A DNA stretch of 64,000 nt, from positions 88,660,001-88,724,000 of the forward strand of contig NC_043004.1 in the NCBI RefSeq assembly GCF_006345805.1, in the 5' to 3' direction. This DNA is from Octopus sinensis (lineage: Eukaryota). Shown in pieces: positions 13,746 through 27,649 of this stretch (within the stretch, counting starts at the first letter, position 1; each line of letters begins with the position of its first letter). The position numbers and the translations under genes were made by a program. The notes beneath the pieces were generated by a model. It worked only from the letters and a program-made list of their open reading frames with translations. It did not search any database and was not told where the DNA came from.

Positions 13746-15239
13746 AATGAGAGAAAAATAGTAAAACCGTATAAATAACTTTTTAGCTGTGCAATCCACC
13801 TGATGATGATCCGTGTTTCTCGGCCCACTTCTCGAAAAAGGTTGCCAGTGCCCGGCATACAACCTATACAAAAGACCTTATCAAGTTTGTAGACAAAACC
13901 TTACATTTCAGCCTACCAACCTCATAAACTCCTCCAATTCTAATTCGCAATTACATTTCTTTAAATTTTATATTAACAATTTTATTCTTTAGTCGAATAA
14001 ATCGCCCCCCCCCCCGGACTTTGTTAGCCTAGTACTTATTCTATCGGTCACTTTTGCCGAGCCGCTAAGTTACGGGGGCGTGGGGGACAAACATCTATAT
14101 ATATATATATACGATAGGCTTCTTTCAGTTTCCGTCTACCAAATCCACTCACAAGGCTTTGGTCGGTCCGAGGTTATAGTAGAAGACACTTGCCCAAGGT
14201 GCCACGCGGTGGGACTGAACCCGAAACCATGTGGTTGGCAAACAAGTTACTTACTACACAGCTACTCCTGCGCCTATGATGCCATTATTTTTTAAATCAG
14301 AAAAGAAATAGGAAACAAGTGAAAACAAAATGGAAGCTAAAATCATTCACTTGAGAGATTATGTTGGCCTACGAGAGGACAGTGACGAGACGTTAATTCG
14401 GTGATTTGTAAGCGACTTTCATGAATGGGTTTTAAGATAAAATACTGTTATCAGATGTCACTGAAAAACAACTTTTTAAAATGTAATATCTTTTTATCAC
14501 TTCTTTCCTTTACTTGTTTCATTCGTTGAACTACGACCATGCTGGAGCACTGCCTTGGAAAGTTTAGTCGAACACATTGACCCCAGTACTTATTTAAAAA
14601 ATTTTTTTAAGTCTGGTACTTATTGAATTGGTCAATTTTGTCGAACTGCTAAATTACGTGAAGGTAAACAGACTGTCACCGGTTGTCAAGCGGTGAAAGA
14701 ACAAACACATACACATATACGGGCTTCCACACAGTTTCCACTCAACAAATTAGCTCAAAGGATATTTATCGACCTAGGGCTACAGAAGAAGACACTTGCC
14801 AAATATGCTGCGCAATGAGACTGAACCCGAGACCACCAATTTGCAGAACGGGATTCTTAACCACACAGCCATACCTGCACCTACATTTTTTTTTTGTCAG
14901 CGGGCTCTTTATGCCTTAATGTTAAAGAGTGATTTAGTTTCTTAAGAATCCATCGGATATCGTCAAAAACATGTGACATATCACCGCTGGTATGCGTGTC
15001 GGATTCGCCATCACTGACCTGTTGCGTAAGGAGAAACTTGCCGAAATTTCACCTGACCAGATTGCAAGGAGAGAAAACTCTTTTATATAATACAGCAATG
15101 ATTTTAGCGAACGCAATCAACTCTCATTGAAAGCATTATGGCATGGACGTAGCTTCTTGGGTTATCTGTATATATGACTTTTGTGTTTAGAACCGATGAA
15201 TAAAGCACCAAACTAATGTTGAATATTTTCCCGCCGTCA

Positions 15240-15810
15240 GGCGGCGAGCAGGCAGAATCGTTAGCACGCCGGACGAAATGCTTAGCGGTATTTCGTCTGG
15301 CAGAAACGTTAGCACGCTGGGTGAAATGCGTAGCCGTATTTCCTCTGCCGTTACGTTCTGGGTTCAAATTCCGCCGAGGTCGACTTTGCCTTTCATCCTT
15401 TCGGGGTCGATAATTTAAGTACCAGTTACGCACTGGGGTCGATATAATCGATTTAATCCGTTTGTCTGTCCTTGTTTGTCACCTGTGTTTAGCCCCTTGT
15501 GGGTAGTAAAGAAATAGAAATAGGTATTTCGTCTGTCGTTACGCTCTGAGTTCAAATTCCACCGAGGTCGACTTTGCCTTTCATCCTTTCGGGGTCGATA
15601 AAATACGCACTGAGGTCGATGTAATCGACTTAATACCTATGTCTGTCCTTGTTTGTCCTCTCTGTGGGTAACAAAGAAATATGTATTACGTCTAAGGTCG
15701 ACTTTGCCCTTCATCCTTTCGGTAAATTAAGTACCAGCTGCGTATTGGAGTTGATCTAATCGACTGGCCCCCTCCCCCACCAAAAAATTCGGGCCTTGTG
15801 CCTAAAGTAG
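15240..15810 (+). mobile_element. tRNA-derived SINE family A with duplicated head and about three internal units
   Basis: Two consecutive heads (gcagaatcgttagcacgcc at ~15252 and gcagaaacgttagcacgct at ~15300). Units lie at about 15340, 15525 and 15680 (partial), followed by the family tail. Confidence 0.8.
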
Positions 15811-15859
15811 AAAAGATTATTCTCCTGCCGTCTCTTTTTCTTTGACTCTGTCTTATTTT

Positions 15860-15860
15860 C

Positions 15861-15951
<91 letters not shown>

Positions 15952-15980
15952 GTCTACCTACCTATCTGCCTATCTATCTC
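15860..15980. repeat. (TATC)n microsatellite
   Basis: Directly visible. Confidence 0.95.
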
Positions 15981-16849
15981 TAAGAGTCGGTTACTTCACG
16001 CTGTAACTAGGGCCTCTGAAGCAAAAAGAGAGAAGGATTGAACAAGGAACTAGCTACCTTTCTCCATGGAAAAGCTGATAGGTTACTGGAAGCATTGTCT
16101 TAGCCAATAAAGTTTTATCGATGATTGAATCACTCTCATGTACGCTTTTCTCTCGATCTTTGTACATAATATTGTAAATAACTATGTTATACAAACTGAA
16201 AATAACAAATAATCCTTAGTAATCCGTAATAATTGGAAATGGCAACTGCAAGACTTCGTTTATTTATTTAAATATTTATTTATTTGTTGCGTTATTTCGT
16301 GTGTTTTATTTAACTCTAGGTATGATTTCGTATATAACAATAGCAATACTCTTCCGCGGGGAAATACTAAAAAATGTCTGAATAACATGTTTACAGATAA
16401 CATTGTTTTCTTTTAAAATTATTTTATTTTCAGAGAGTTATTAATGGAGGCTTCTGGAAGGCACATAGCCTAGTGGTTAACGTGTTCCGTTAAAGATCAA
16501 AAGGTTGTTGGTTTGCTTCTTAGGCAGGGTGAGAGCCCCCCCCCCCGAGAAAGGCACTATTTTGCGTTGCTTCACTCTGAAAGTAGTGCAAATTGAGTGC
16601 TGGTGCTGCTCCCTTATCATCCAGCTACCATAGACTGTATGTTTAGCAGGAACAAGGTTGGGAGAGCGGAGACTATCTCTGTTTGCTCACGACTAGATAT
16701 ACACTTAAAATAATAAATAAAAGCAACAAGGTCATACTCGCTTGTGATTGACGGCCATACTTTTTGTTTAAATGGCTTCATTATCCAATATGTTTTTTTG
16801 TTTTTTTTTTATTAAGACAATCTTTCCTTTTCGGTCCGCTACTTCTTCT

Positions 16850-17120
16850 TTTTGAGAGGTCACAGCTCCAGTACTACGGATATGAGATTACAATGTTGCA
16901 GGAGTGAAAAGCTTGACGGATTCTTCAAGCCGAAACAAACGGCAGGAAACCTAGGGGCAAGCCAAAAATGAGATGGTTGACTAATGGCCTTAGCCTTCAT
17001 TGGTTACACTTGGGAGACCAACAAGAAAGTATAATGACGGTTGCTTCTAATAGGACCCTATGCAGGAGGTGTTTGTACACCCACGATCCTCTTAGCAATA
17101 GTGGACGAAGAAGATGGCCG
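16850..17120 (+). mobile_element. RTE-clade LINE 3' fragment
   Basis: LQYYG..RILQAETNGRKPRGKPKMRWL..VASNRTLCRR resembles the RTE C-terminal 'GKRPRGRPxxRW...AxDRxxWR' signature. Confidence 0.55.
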
Positions 17121-18499
17121 GCTGGATGGATGAATGGATGCATGCATGCATGCATGCATGGATGGATGGATGGATTAAGACCGTTGTATCTGACCTAAGG
17201 GAAATTTGGCGGTTATTTCTTGCAAGCCATTCGACTACGTAAAAGCTCCTCTTCTGGTCCGACATATACCAGACCTAATTGTATGTTGGTGTAATTTAAA
17301 GTAAGAATTGGTGTGTATTTTAGTTCTAATAGAAAAATATTGAGGAAGAATAAGAAAAATGAAGAAAATGTTTTTGTCTTTCGTTTTTCCATTAATAAAA
17401 GCTTATACATGATATACATATGGCATCAGAAGTACTACAAGTTAATACAAGCACAAATATATTGTGTAGTTGCGTGTTCTAGATACATTTTCAAATACAA
17501 CAAAAATGACGGCAAACGTGAAGAGATGAGCAGAAATGGTTTTAGTAATAGAGTCAGTACCCAGAGGTGAGAATATGTTTACGAAAACATTGCGTGTGTA
17601 GATACGCACGCATAAAGACTCACACACACAAATACAATCCCATACGCACACAAACACAACCACACACGCACACACACAGACAATGTAGGTCTATGATTAT
17701 ATGTGCACGTGTATATTTTCAAATTTCTATTGAAGGGTTTCATGTTTACGGTCTCTGTAATTAATTTTGTGTGAAGTTCTTTTATTACTTTAACTCTTCT
17801 GTTCATGTTGTTTCTGTTGGTAACTGCAAGTAAGTTTATTATTATGTCGGCCATCATTATTAAGCGGTTGTCATCAGAGCAGCCGGTTCTGACCATGTTT
17901 TTAGTAGCTGGATAGCTTTAATGTAGAGCGGCATCTAATCAGAGATTAAATTAAGTAGCCATTTATTGAAACTGTTTCAAATTACAAGCTCGGGTTTTTC
18001 AAGGGTGACCAATCAATCCTGTATATACGAACCCTTTTTGCTACTGCTGCGGCAACTTGAAGTACTGAAAGAAATCTTAGAAAACTAAGACTTGGTGGAG
18101 CCGTATCTGCATCTGAGATGATATCACAGTAAAGGATTTGGACACCGAGGAACTTGAGGTGGTCAGCATCGTTCTAAAGACATACGGAATGGTTATCTAA
18201 ACAAGTTAGGGGCCTTGTAACTCGGCAATTGAAGAAACAACCCCTTGAATTTGAACAGCGCCATAGAACATTGGATCAGTGCTCAACTGTTGCATTGGAT
18301 CTGGTTTTGGTCCACATCTCAAGGTGGATAGAAACTGGGACAAGATTACGAACAAGTGTCCAGAAATTGAATTTTTTGGAAGCAAATTTTGACAGTCGAA
18401 TGGATGCAATGTCTCTTTTACTTAGCGCCCAACAGTCGTCTTTTACCACATTTTCCGTTTTATTACATCATCTGCTTTTTTATTAGTTTGTGTGTGTGT

Positions 18500-19480
18500 G
18501 TATGCAGGTGCGTGCTGACTGCAGTTGCTTTGCAGATGGTTAATACCTTGTCTATGTTTCTGCAAATTCTACATTTATGCTGTCTGATTGAGTGGTATCA
18601 ACTGTCTCTTTATCAAATTCGTTCTAACAGCTTGTTTCTGAGCGGCTATATTTAGTGATTCAATCGCTCTTCTCAGGTTTCCATCTCTCTGTTATAAGCA
18701 GTGTTCGACACTGCCATCTTTCTCGTTTGTTTCTCTATTTTTTATATGAAATATCTATGTTTTTTTTTCTTTTCTATTTCTAACTATGTGTTCTGTGGTT
18801 CTTGTTACTTTTGAAATTTTTCACTGATTCAATAATTTCTTCGATATTTCTTGTATTTCCCCACCCCCACCCCAATCCTCTTAGCACAGCACACTTTTCT
18901 CAAAACCCCAAATCGCAGCATTTCTGGTGTCTTCTGCATTCAACAAACCTCCTCTTTTCTTGTTAAATATAATCTGATTATATTTCGTTTACAGCAGTAT
19001 ACGTTATGCATAGCGAGCAACTTCCTAGTTCTATCCATTTCATGCTGATCTTTGTCCACTTTAAAAACGAGAGCAGAACACCTTAATACTGCCACGGACC
19101 AAGCACTGATTGCTTTTGCCTCCATTTAGTTTCGTATTAAGCAACACTCCAACACTTCTCTCTTATAACCATAGAAGAAAATTTCTCCCATTTTCTTTTC
19201 AATCATTTTATCATCCTGCATCATTCCTACGTCTCTGCATCCCTCATTCCTGGTCAATGATCTGAAGATAGCATCTTGTGATATTATCATCCCATAAGAT
19301 TTAATGATTCGGCATCTCTTTATTATCAATACTGGACACTACTCAATCAAGCTGCATACCAATATCCTTGCTAAATATCTATAGCGTTTGAATAAAAGAA
19401 ACTTGACCCATTCAATTTTGGCGCACAACCTGAGGTCTTACATAAACAACAGATGCGCTTTCTTCGTTCTTAACAAGTCC
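18500..19480 (-). mobile_element. R4/Dong-type (RLE) non-LTR retrotransposon remnant
   Basis: Minus-strand peptides FSKDIGMQ, KAISAWSVAVLR, MDRTRKLLAMHN..IIRLYLTRKE, GNLRRAIESLNIAAQKQAVRTN and KCRIC. These follow the RT C-terminus to CCHC order of R4/Dong elements. Confidence 0.7.
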
Positions 19481-19734
19481 TAGGCAAGTCTACATATTCT
19501 TAATATGCAAGTCGAAGGAGTCAATGCAATCGATTACTCCCCTCCCCCAAATTTCAGGCCCTGTGCCTATAGTAGAAAGGCTATATATACTTGTATGTCC
19601 TGAGGTATTCCTTACATATTTGTCTGAATGTTTCGTTTGTTTTGTTTTTGTTTTTTTTTTGTCATACCTAATGAGTCTACAATAATAGAATTTTTTTTTT
19701 GTTTTTAGACTCCTCATTCGAGTTAGCTCTATTT

Positions 19735-19818
19735 CCAGATCTTTGTATACTATAGCCTTGTGACCAAAGCGCCTTATGAGTGGATTTGGTAGACAGAAAC
19801 TGAAAGAAGCCTGTCGTA

Positions 19819-19856
<38 letters not shown>

Positions 19857-20070
19857 TGCGTGTGTTTGTGTGTATGTGTTTGTCCCCCCAACATCGCTTG
19901 ACAACCGATGATGGTGTGTTTGCATCCCCGTAACTTAGCCGTTCGGCAAAAAGAGACCGATAGAATAAGTACTAGGCTTACAAAGAATAAGTCCTGGGGT
20001 CGATTTGCTCGACTAAAGGCGGCGCTCCAGCATGGTCGCACTCAAATGACTGAAACAAGTAAAAGAGTAT
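19735..20070 (+). mobile_element. CORE-type SINE family B, 5'-truncated
   Basis: gagtggatttggtagacagaaactgaaagaagcc-(TA)n-..gactaaaggcggcgctccagcatggtcgcactcaaatgactgaaacaagtaaaagag. Confidence 0.8.
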
Positions 20071-21759
20071 GATAGCAAGTGTTATTATCATTATTATTGA
20101 GGTATTAGAGTGACAGAAATATCCTCTATCGGATTGAATATTTAAAAGTATTTAGATTCATTTCTCTGCTTTCTGGAGCGCGAATAACGACCACCTCAAA
20201 TTAACCTTTCATATGTTCAGGGTTAGTAAAATAAGTTAATAATCACAATATAAAAGTATACTTAATCGATTGAATATGGCCTTGCATTTAAATTATAAAA
20301 TCATTAGAATTATTTTCATTGTAATCTTAAAATTTATGGTTGACACAGGATATTACATTAGTTGTGATTTTTGGCGTAAAACTAATAACGACGTATCCAG
20401 CCGAATTGGGTATAATTCAGTTTTGATCGTAGTGGCTTAAACAAGCAGAAATGCTAGCCGACATCATCACAGTTAATATAAAATTCAATAGTCATTGCCA
20501 CACATTTATGAACGAATATAATCAAATATTTTCAAAGCACTAGCTTCTCCATACAATAAGCTGTTTTCCCAAGTGAAGAATCATTCACCTATTCTGTGCT
20601 GCTAAATTTCTATAAGTTGCAACCAGTCACATTATGAGTAGCTTTATAATTCAAAATATGTTTATATTAGTTTATTAAACTCTGTTTCCTCATTTTCTCT
20701 TTCTTTTTCTGCTTTAGAACTGCAACAGCTGTGCAGACTATGCAGCATTTCTTGATTTGCAAATTACTACTTCACTTTTGCAAGCTCTTAAACACTTCGG
20801 TTTAGCTTGTGTTAAGATCTACTACTGAATTAAAATCTAATAAATTTTGATTGGATTTTATAGAATATGGAAGACTGATTTGAAAGTGTTATGCCAGAAA
20901 GGTCTTTGCCGAGAGGATGAAGTCTATAATGGTTGTATATTAACTCTGTTGTTACAGCTCTATCATTACACAGTTTGTATATCATATCTATCTTACAAAA
21001 ACATACGTTTGAGTCAACGGCCGGGCACTGACATCCGAATGCGGTTGCGCAACATGACACCAGAGTATAATGATAGTAAGTAAATACTTAGAACATAAGC
21101 ACACATGAGAAGATTTATTCTTTAACCGGTTTAAGTCATCCAACTATGGCCACGGTGGGGCACTGCCATTTGTTCATGTACTTCATTGAGGTCATACTAC
21201 TATCTTATAAATATGTTTGATTCGAGGTTTGATCGTTTCAGCCAACCTCTCGTTTTGTCTGACACCGTTAACTGAGTTCTGAAATAGGGCCTCGAAGGCA
21301 GTTTCTTACCAGTAGGAGACGAGGTTAAAACTTATGACGCAGATACTCTAACAACACCGCCGATCAGTAGCCAGAGGTATTTCTTTCATCTTGTGACAAA
21401 TAAGAATCCACTTCCATTGTAGTTATTATTTAGCAGCTCCGAAAGAATGAAAAGCAAAGTAGACCGAGGGAGAATTTGAACTCAGAGTGCCGACAGCGGA
21501 AACAAATATCGCAAATCATTCTATCCAATGCTCTAAAAAAATTTTAACATTTTGCTGCCTTTGCAATATGATGCTGGGGATGGCGATAGAAGTGGACCTT
21601 CAACTCCTTGTGACACCGTAGGAGCGTCATCATTACAAACGGAGTCTTAAGATTTTTCCGAGTAGTGGAACCCAGGTTTCAACAATGTTCCCCAGTCTGT
21701 CCTTTTTTCTGTGAAGGAGAGACAAGGATGAAGAGAAAGTGAAAATAATCGATCTCAGT

Positions 21760-22268
21760 ATTAGACTGGCACTTTATTTATCACCCCCCACGACACACCA
21801 AATGAAATAACTGCAACGTTGACCTTGGCAGAATTTGAAATCAGAGTACAAGGACAGAGGAGGAATATTGGTTTCAAATCTCCATACAAGGCCAGCAATT
21901 TTTTAGGAGAGCGTAAATCGATTAAATCAACACCAATGCTCAACTGGCTCTTATTGTATTGACCCTGAAAAGATGAAAGGCAAAGTCGACCTCGGCGGAA
22001 TTTGAACTCAGAACGTAGCGGCAGACGAAATACCTATTTCTTTACTACCCACAAGGGGTTAAACACAGAGGGGACTAACAAGGACAGACAAAAGGATTAA
22101 GTCGATTACATCGACCTCACTGCGTAACTGGTACTTAATTTATTGACCCCGAAAGGATGAAAGGCAAAGTCGACCTCGGCGGAATTTGAACTCAGAACGT
22201 AGCGGCAGACGAAATACCGCTAAGCATTTCGCCCGGCGTGCTAACGATTCTGCCAGCTCGCCGCCTTA
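21760..22268 (-). mobile_element. SINE family A copies (an old fragment plus a two-unit copy)
   Basis: Reverse complement of the family A consensus, with the head ending gccagctcgccgcctt at about 22266. Confidence 0.8.
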
Positions 22269-23128
22269 ATCCAGAACGAATAATGCTAGACATATTATCC
22301 GAGGCAGGTAACGATTCTACCAAAGTTCTGTCCTATTAAGTTTAGTTATATCTTTTGCTTGTTTCAGTCATTGAAATACGGCCATGCTGGAGCATCACTT
22401 TTGTTCGAACAAATCGATCCTCGATGCCAAATGGTGTGGAACAAACAACGAAACAAACGACCGCACGCATATATGCGTGCGTGTACTACGGGCTTCAACA
22501 TTATTTCTGAATACCAAATTCACTCACAAAGCAGATAGATCTAGGGTTATAACAAAAACAAAAACCTGCCGTGGTGCCGCGATTTAGGACTGAACCCTAA
22601 ACCATGTGGGTGCAATGTGACCTTCTTAACCACACAGTCATCCTTGCACTTATAAGTTTGTATACAAAACAATAAATCAAATACGATTTACGAGGTTCTA
22701 CTGGAATGAGATTTTGAAAACTACCATATTCCATTATCGTAATCAAGTACTTCAATGACTTATTTAGCGAGAAACTGTTACAGCTTCTACGCGAGACTTA
22801 GAAGATATTACATGTTTGAAGATATTACATGTTTATTACACTACTTCTTCGAATATTACTGATATCATATCACTTAATAATAGGTAGTATATGTAGTCGA
22901 TATGTTTTCGCTCTTAAGATTCTGCTTCCATAACACATATAACAGTATTGAGTAAATTAGTTTACTTTAGAGTTCCATCAACTTAATGAAACACCTCAAT
23001 GGTCAATACAAGATTTCTAAACAGGTGAGGCCTGGTAAAACGAGAAAGGTGGGGAATATATGCTATGTATTTGATGCTTTAATCCGCATGAAGACTTCGA
23101 AATGTTTGCAATTACTTTCAAGTTGTAC

Positions 23129-23168
<40 letters not shown>

Positions 23169-23176
23169 GTACAACT

Positions 23177-23208
<32 letters not shown>

Positions 23209-23330
23209 ATTAATCAATATAGGGTGGCAAAAAATTTTGTAGAATTTTTTGCCACCAGCGGCCTAGTGGGAAAAAATTAATAGTCATAGACCATTTTTAA
23301 GTCATAGACCATTTTTGATATATATATATA

Positions 23331-23399
<69 letters not shown>

Positions 23400-23648
23400 G
23401 TATATATATATATATATATTATATATATACATACATACAGGCATACATACATATTACGGAGATGTACTTGCGTAGCAAGTGATCTGATCTGAGGTCGTGT
23501 GCAGCACGGAATTTTGTCACTGAAAAGGTCGCGGTCTCAAAGCGACGAAAATATTTGGGCAAATTAAATTTAAATGTTGAAGTGAATCTAACGGTTTGTG
23601 TGGGTTTCTTAAATGGTTTATAAAAACCTTCCACACTGCAATTGTTTT

Positions 23649-23760
<112 letters not shown>

Positions 23761-24339
23761 GAGAGAGAGAGAGAGAGAGAGTGAGAGAGAGAATACCAAA
23801 CGAGTTCCCTATGGATACTGTATTTATTACAACGAGTGCCTTGTAAACGTATCTAACTCGCTTTCGCTCATTAGATACGTTTACAAGCCACGATTTGTAA
23901 TAAAAACGGTATCTATAGGGAATGAGTTTGGTATTTTATTTATTACACACGAATAAATGATCATATTTTATTAGAGTAGATCACAACAGTCCATGCAGTC
24001 CAGTAAAACTTAACAGTCCTCATTATCTATGAGACGAGGTCGCTTGGCAACAAAAAATTGAATTACCACCAGAAATGTTTATATTTTATGTGTATATGAC
24101 TTTAAGTGATATCTGGTATAAAAAAGATAGTATGTTTGTTTAATTACATGGCTACATTCTACCTGCTCGTGAAAGTAATGAATGAAGTTTAGTTGTAACA
24201 TATGAATGATAAAAGTAGTGCCGTCACCGTGACCTCGGGTCATCACCATGGATTGAACAATCAGAAGCAGCGCTCGCAGTATCTGACATATGTTAGATAC
24301 CAAAAATATCTCAAAGTGTTCTCACTCACTTGTGTGTAA

Positions 24340-24570
24340 TAAATATATATATATATATAGTTACTCCAAACATGAACAAAGAGAAAACACAACAACGCGA
24401 GGGCGTGGAACAAGTATAGAGTTATTAGACGCTCAGGAAAGAAAAGAAAGAAGTAGGATATAACGTTTCGAGCGGAGCTCTTCGTCAGAAACATAGAAAA
24501 AGAAAAGATCAAAGGAAGGGAAGACGGAGAAAGAAAATCGCCATCGATACACACGTCGTCACATATTGTA
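24340..24570 (-). mobile_element. Penelope-like element terminus with a type I hammerhead motif
   Basis: The minus strand at 24461-24495 reads TATGTTT-CTGACGA-A-GAGC-TCC-GCTC-GAAAC-GTTA. The segment is flanked by TA-rich repeat. Confidence 0.6.
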
Positions 24571-25410
24571 TGTATAAATATATATGAGTGAGTGTGATGT
24601 GTGTTTGACTTTGTCTCTGTGCTGTCCCCAATATCTCTTGACAACCGGTGTTGGAGTTTTTACCTCCCCATATCTTAGCAGTTCGACAACTAGTAAAATA
24701 TGTACCAAACTTTAAAAATAAATAAATACTAGGGTCGATCTGTTCAGTTAAAACCCTTCAAGGCTGTGCCTGCCCCAACGTGGCCGTAGTCCAATTACTG
24801 AAACAAGTAAAAATTTTAAAAAGTAACGATAATACCATTAACGCTTGCAATGTGATCAGAACTGAAAATAGTCAGATGCGTTGCACACTCCATTATTTTT
24901 TATCTCACTGTACTAATTACAATTCTACAACTAAATTGGTGTTCAATCATAATCTAAGAACACCCTCGACGAAAAAACATTGTCATATTAGATTAGATTA
25001 TTTTTGATAAACTTAAAACATCAACCTATTATTTTGGTTTGATAGGACTTCATAATTTGCTCAGATTATTGGTGTAGGCGTTTCGATCGAATTTCTTGAA
25101 TCACAATTATTATTGTGAAATATTTCTTTCTTAAAATAATATGTTTTAGCTAATCTCGTCTCGTGTTTGTTGTTGTTTCTTGTTTTATTTTTTTAAAAGC
25201 TTTCTAATGTTTAGCAGTGATGTCGCGTAGCCTAGTGGTTATGGATATCGACGTACAATCATGGTTTCGTTTACTCAACCAGGATGGTGCGTTGTGTCTT
25301 TCATCAAAACAACTCGTTTCCGGTTGGTCTACTCAGCTGAAACGAGTACCGACCGCATGTTATTGTAGCTCTGTCTCTTTGTCTGTCTGTTTCTATCTAT
25401 GCAATCTATC

Positions 25411-25474
<64 letters not shown>

Positions 25475-26439
25475 TCTATCTCTCCTCCACTGTTAAAGGC
25501 ATTCTAACTGTGACAATTGTATTATTTATAGATAGTTTATCTACGACTAAATTTTTTAATTATCCGTTTATTTATAACTTGCCAAGGTATATCTTGGAGG
25601 AGATTAAAATGCTATTTCTAGAAACTGGACAGACTACGTACGCATTCCCCGTAGTGAAGATATATCATATAAGAATCGTTATTTGCACTAGCGAGATCTA
25701 AAACGATAACTTGCATATTTATTCTTGATACATTCTGGCAAATTCAATTCTTTTTTCGATGATATTGCGTTCATTGCGCACGTGGCTCATTGCGATACCG
25801 GTGTTTCGACATATTTTCTCTCGTCAGGCAGAAGTACACCGACCTTTATGCCTGAACAAGCCACTAAAGCTCTTTCCTGGAGATGTCGTATCTTCAACGT
25901 TTAGCTCAACACCAACGAAGGGCCTACAGGATATTTATGTTTGCTTATGACTAAACAGTAACCTAAAACACTTGGTCATATTTGCTTGCAACTACTAGCT
26001 ATCTTTTTATTGTTTAGCAACATGATAGAGTACTTTATAGTAAAGCAAACAAAATATTCAGAGAATAAATAACAAATCTCTTTAAATAAGATAGAAAGAT
26101 ACTATAAAATACATTCTTGGTAGTTTTACTTTACTTTCCTGATAGCGCCTGTTCTAATTAATTGCAAACACCATTGTAAAACTGATACATAAATAAATAT
26201 CTAAACAAAATGTCTGTTTTGAAAGAATAATATAATGACGCGTTAACAAGAATTTATCGCTTTCTCTTAATCTGTTTTTGAAACATTTAATCTAAATACT
26301 AGTTTTGAGATTGTCTTTTATAATATAGCATAAAATTGCAAAGAATTAGATGTTATATAGTGCACTGAGATGACATTATAGCTAAACCTATCGACAATTA
26401 TTTTACATGAACAACAACAGCAACGATAATAACAACAAC

Positions 26440-26485
<46 letters not shown>

Positions 26486-27317
26486 GTAATAATAATAATA
26501 ACGATAATGTCATATCATATCTACACGGTACGAGACAACATTCAAAGTAATCGATTAATCATTTCGTAAGAAAAGCTAAATTTTAATTTCCTAAGTCATT
26601 ACTTTCCCTGTGTGGAGTCCACAGCGTTCCTTTTCTTTCCTGAAATTAGTAAGTATTTCACCCATCTTTTACCTTCTGCTTGTTTCAGTCACTTGACTGC
26701 GGCCATGCTGGAGCACCACCTTGAAGAATTTTTAGCCAAATGAATCGACCACAGTTCTTTTTTTTGTTAAGCCTGGCACTTATTCTCTCAGTCTCTTTTT
26801 GCCGAACCGATAAGTTATGGGGGCCGATAGAATAACTATTGGGCTTACAAAGAATAAGTTCCGGGGTCGATTTGCTCGACTAAAGGCGGTGCTCCAGCAT
26901 GACCGCAGTCAAATGATTGAAACACTGAAACAAGAAACAAGTATCTTGGAGTCCGAGAAAGACGCTTCTGCATTTTCTTGCTGAACAACCTGCAGAAATG
27001 ATTCTTTTATAGTGATGTTTGTGCTGTACATTAGATTATTCTCACCAATAGGTGAGCTGCGTATCACACTCAGAAGTCGAAGTGATCACAGAACAACATG
27101 AGGTGAAGTGTTTTGCTCAAAAATACAACACAACGCAAAAACTGAAACCACGATCGCAACTACCTAACCGCTAGGCTATGCGCCCTTTATCGGATAAAAT
27201 TTCAACCACTCACACGTTATGCGAAGGTACGTTACGTAGTTGTTAGAGTGTTGAACTCATGATCATAGTAACGTGGTTTCAATTCCCAGACCGAAGAGTG
27301 CGTTGTGTTCGTGACTA

Positions 27318-27649
27318 ATTTATTTATTTATTTATTTATTTATTTATGCACCCTTTTCAAGCCTAGCCAGGCTCATGGGCCCGGTTTCCTGGTTTCTATG
27401 GCGTGTGTGTTCCCCCAGCTGGACGGGACGCCAGTCCATCGCAGCGTTACTCAAGAAACAGGAAGAAAGATTGAGAGAAAGATAGGGCGAAAGAGTACAA
27501 CAGGGATCGCCACCACCCCCTGCCTGAGCCTCGTGGAGCTTTAGATGTTTTCGCCCAATAAATACACACAACGCCCGGTCTATGAATCGAAACCACGCTA
27601 CTCCGACCGCGAGTCCGCTGCCCTAACCACTGAGCCATTGCGCCTCCAC
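27318..27649 (-). mobile_element. tRNA-derived SINE family D with (TAAA)n tail
   Basis: The minus strand reads gtggaggcgcaatggctcagtggttagggcagcggactcgcggtc..gtttcgattc (A/B boxes), then gcgatggactggcgtcccgtccag..gaaaagggtgca(taaa)n. Related copies are at ~34850-35070(+) and ~62230-62415(-). Confidence 0.8.

Noticed and set aside
22968-23031. Possible upstream receptor exon (..KHLNGQYKISKQVRPG|gt)
   Set aside because: The Y-to-RP spacing and the RP-to-GPP distance do not fit the Y-x4-RP-x3-GPP pattern of the family. Probably chance.
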